This document shows, piece by piece, positions 60,659 through 61,779 of a DNA stretch of 61,779 nucleotides (position 1 is the first letter of the stretch; each line of letters starts with the position of its first letter). Made by a program: the position numbers and the translations under genes. The notes under the pieces are model-generated. The model ran no database searches, was not told the origin of the DNA, and worked only from the letters and a program-made list of their open reading frames with translations. The stretch comes from a virus (taxonomy: Duplodnaviria; Caudoviricetes): positions 1-61,779 of the IMG/VR virus record IMGVR_UViG_3300048625_000096. One strand, given 5' to 3'.

Positions 60659-60973
60659 TTATTTGCCGAATTGGTCTCTACGAAGAGCGCTGTGCATCTT
60701 TTTAACGCCTTTGTAAATAGCAGGAGCGGCTACAGCTGCGCCACCTGCAATAAGTGCGGTTGGACCTGCACCTAGTAGCCCTGCGTGTGCGGCTGCTTGT
60801 ACAGCTGCTGGAGCTGAAGTATCAACGAGTCCTCCTACGCCGATTGCTGCGCCTAGAGCGCCACCACCAGCGGCACGTACACCTGCACGCTTTACAGATT
60901 TAACTGCACGGTCTGCACGACCACCTGGAATCATTCGCATAGCCATAATGCACTTCTTTCTAAAGATTCCCAC
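60659..60973 (-). CDS. Gly/Ala-rich hydrophobic protein
   Basis: Basic N-terminus, hydrophobic core. Confidence 0.6.
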   Translation of the reverse strand: MGIFRKKCIMAMRMIPGGRADRAVKSVKRAGVRAAGGGALGAAIGVGGLVDTSAPAAVQAAAHAGLLGAGPTALIAGGAAVAAPAIYKGVKKMHSALRRDQFGK

Positions 60974-61020
60974 TATTGGGACTATTTACAGTAATTTTAC
61001 CCTTAGAACGCCCCCGCCAC

Positions 61021-61050
61021 TTGACTAAACAGTAGTGGTGTTTATAGACT
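61021..61050 (+). promoter_or_regulatory. divergent sigmaA-like promoter, leaderless transcript
   Basis: TTGACT-18-TAGACT-6 nt-ATG(61057). Confidence 0.6.
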
Positions 61051-61056
61051 TACTGT

Positions 61057-61248
61057 ATGGATGAAATAAACGGCACAGAGCCACACTTCTTCGCTATAGA
61101 CGAGGTAACCACTGTATCTCCTTTAAAACTATTCCTAGGTAAAGAAGCCTACGACCAGTTAATGAAAGAGTTGGACCTGCCTCCACTAAAATCTCCTCAA
61201 CTAGAGATTCTCTTTGCCATGTACCCACCAGAAGGAGAGAACAAGTGA
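61057..61248 (+). CDS. hypothetical protein, first in tandem array
   Basis: 63 aa ending EGENK; GTGA-coupled to next ORF. Confidence 0.7.
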   Translation: MDEINGTEPHFFAIDEVTTVSPLKLFLGKEAYDQLMKELDLPPLKSPQLEILFAMYPPEGENK

Positions 61249-61487
61249 GCAAATATTGGAGTGACGCATTAGTGCCAAAAGGTCATTACAGCGACCACGC
61301 TTACAAGATGTTAAACGACCCTGAATACGCCTACAAGCATGGGATTTCTGAAACTGAGCAACGCATTATCAAGTTGCTAGAGCGACTATGGGAAAAAACT
61401 CAAGGAACTGATTTGCCAGCGGTAGTTGTTTTGCCTGAAGCAATCGAACTTATCAAGGGAGAAACAAATGAGTCATACAGTAGATAA
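61245..61487 (+). CDS. ERIIKLL-motif paralog
   Basis: EQRIIKLLE...IELIKGE. Confidence 0.75.
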   Translation: MSKYWSDALVPKGHYSDHAYKMLNDPEYAYKHGISETEQRIIKLLERLWEKTQGTDLPAVVVLPEAIELIKGETNESYSR

Positions 61488-61662
61488 ACCTGACATGGGT
61501 TATACCACAGGGTTTTATGACGGTCAGAGGGCAGAGCGTGAACGCATTATCAAACTTTTAGACAGTAATGACGCTTGGATAGCAATTGACGCACAGTCTG
61601 TAGGCGAAAAGGAAAACACTATTCAAAACCTAATCGCTCTTATCAAGGGAGAGAACAAGTGA
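61468..61662 (+). CDS. ERIIKLL-motif paralog
   Basis: ATG 61468 after GGGAG; ERERIIKLLD...IALIKGENK. Confidence 0.75.
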   Translation: MSHTVDKPDMGYTTGFYDGQRAERERIIKLLDSNDAWIAIDAQSVGEKENTIQNLIALIKGENK

Positions 61663-61779
61663 GTGCCTTAGGCGATTACATCACCCACATAGAGGGGCTG
61701 CAAGATGCATTAACGAAACGCAATGCTCGTATCGCTGAACTCGAAAAAGGCTACAAGATACTAGCTAATGACCCAGAAA
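61659..61779 (+). CDS. partial ORF, probable further paralog
   Basis: GTG 61659; YKILANDPE resembles YKMLNDPE of 61245..61487. Confidence 0.65.
   Translation, partial: MSALGDYITHIEGLQDALTKRNARIAELEKGYKILANDPE

Overview
The window is 61.8 kb of a tailed dsDNA phage genome (contractile-tailed myovirus). The host is most likely an actinobacterium, inferred from a DUF732 protein, ThyX, leaderless-type promoters and GAAAGG/AGGAG ribosome-binding sites. Almost everything is on the minus strand. From the right end: small accessory genes (GNAT, Hsp20), a tRNA/ncRNA cluster, ThyX, dCMP deaminase, NlpC/P60, a secreted lectin module and lysis genes, terminase-portal-scaffold-N4-gp56-like capsid, collagen-like fibres with a glycosyltransferase, sheath/tube/tape measure/baseplate, and a replication module (HTH initiator, DnaC-like loader, DnaB, primase, SNF2 helicase, SSB, PolA). 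A divergent plus-strand array of short paralogous ORFs starts at about 61 kb. The best novelty candidates are: (1) a ~460-nt highly base-paired non-coding RNA between tRNA-Asn and tRNA-Trp; (2) fibre proteins sharing short terminal modules, including an unannotated 47-aa 'adaptor-only' ORF; (3) a probable +1 frameshift joining gp26-like and gp51-like ORFs; (4) a small RNA with an anti-Shine-Dalgarno-like loop; (5) a cassette-like tandem ORF array. All calls were made by eye from motifs, base-pairing and synteny; no database searches were run.
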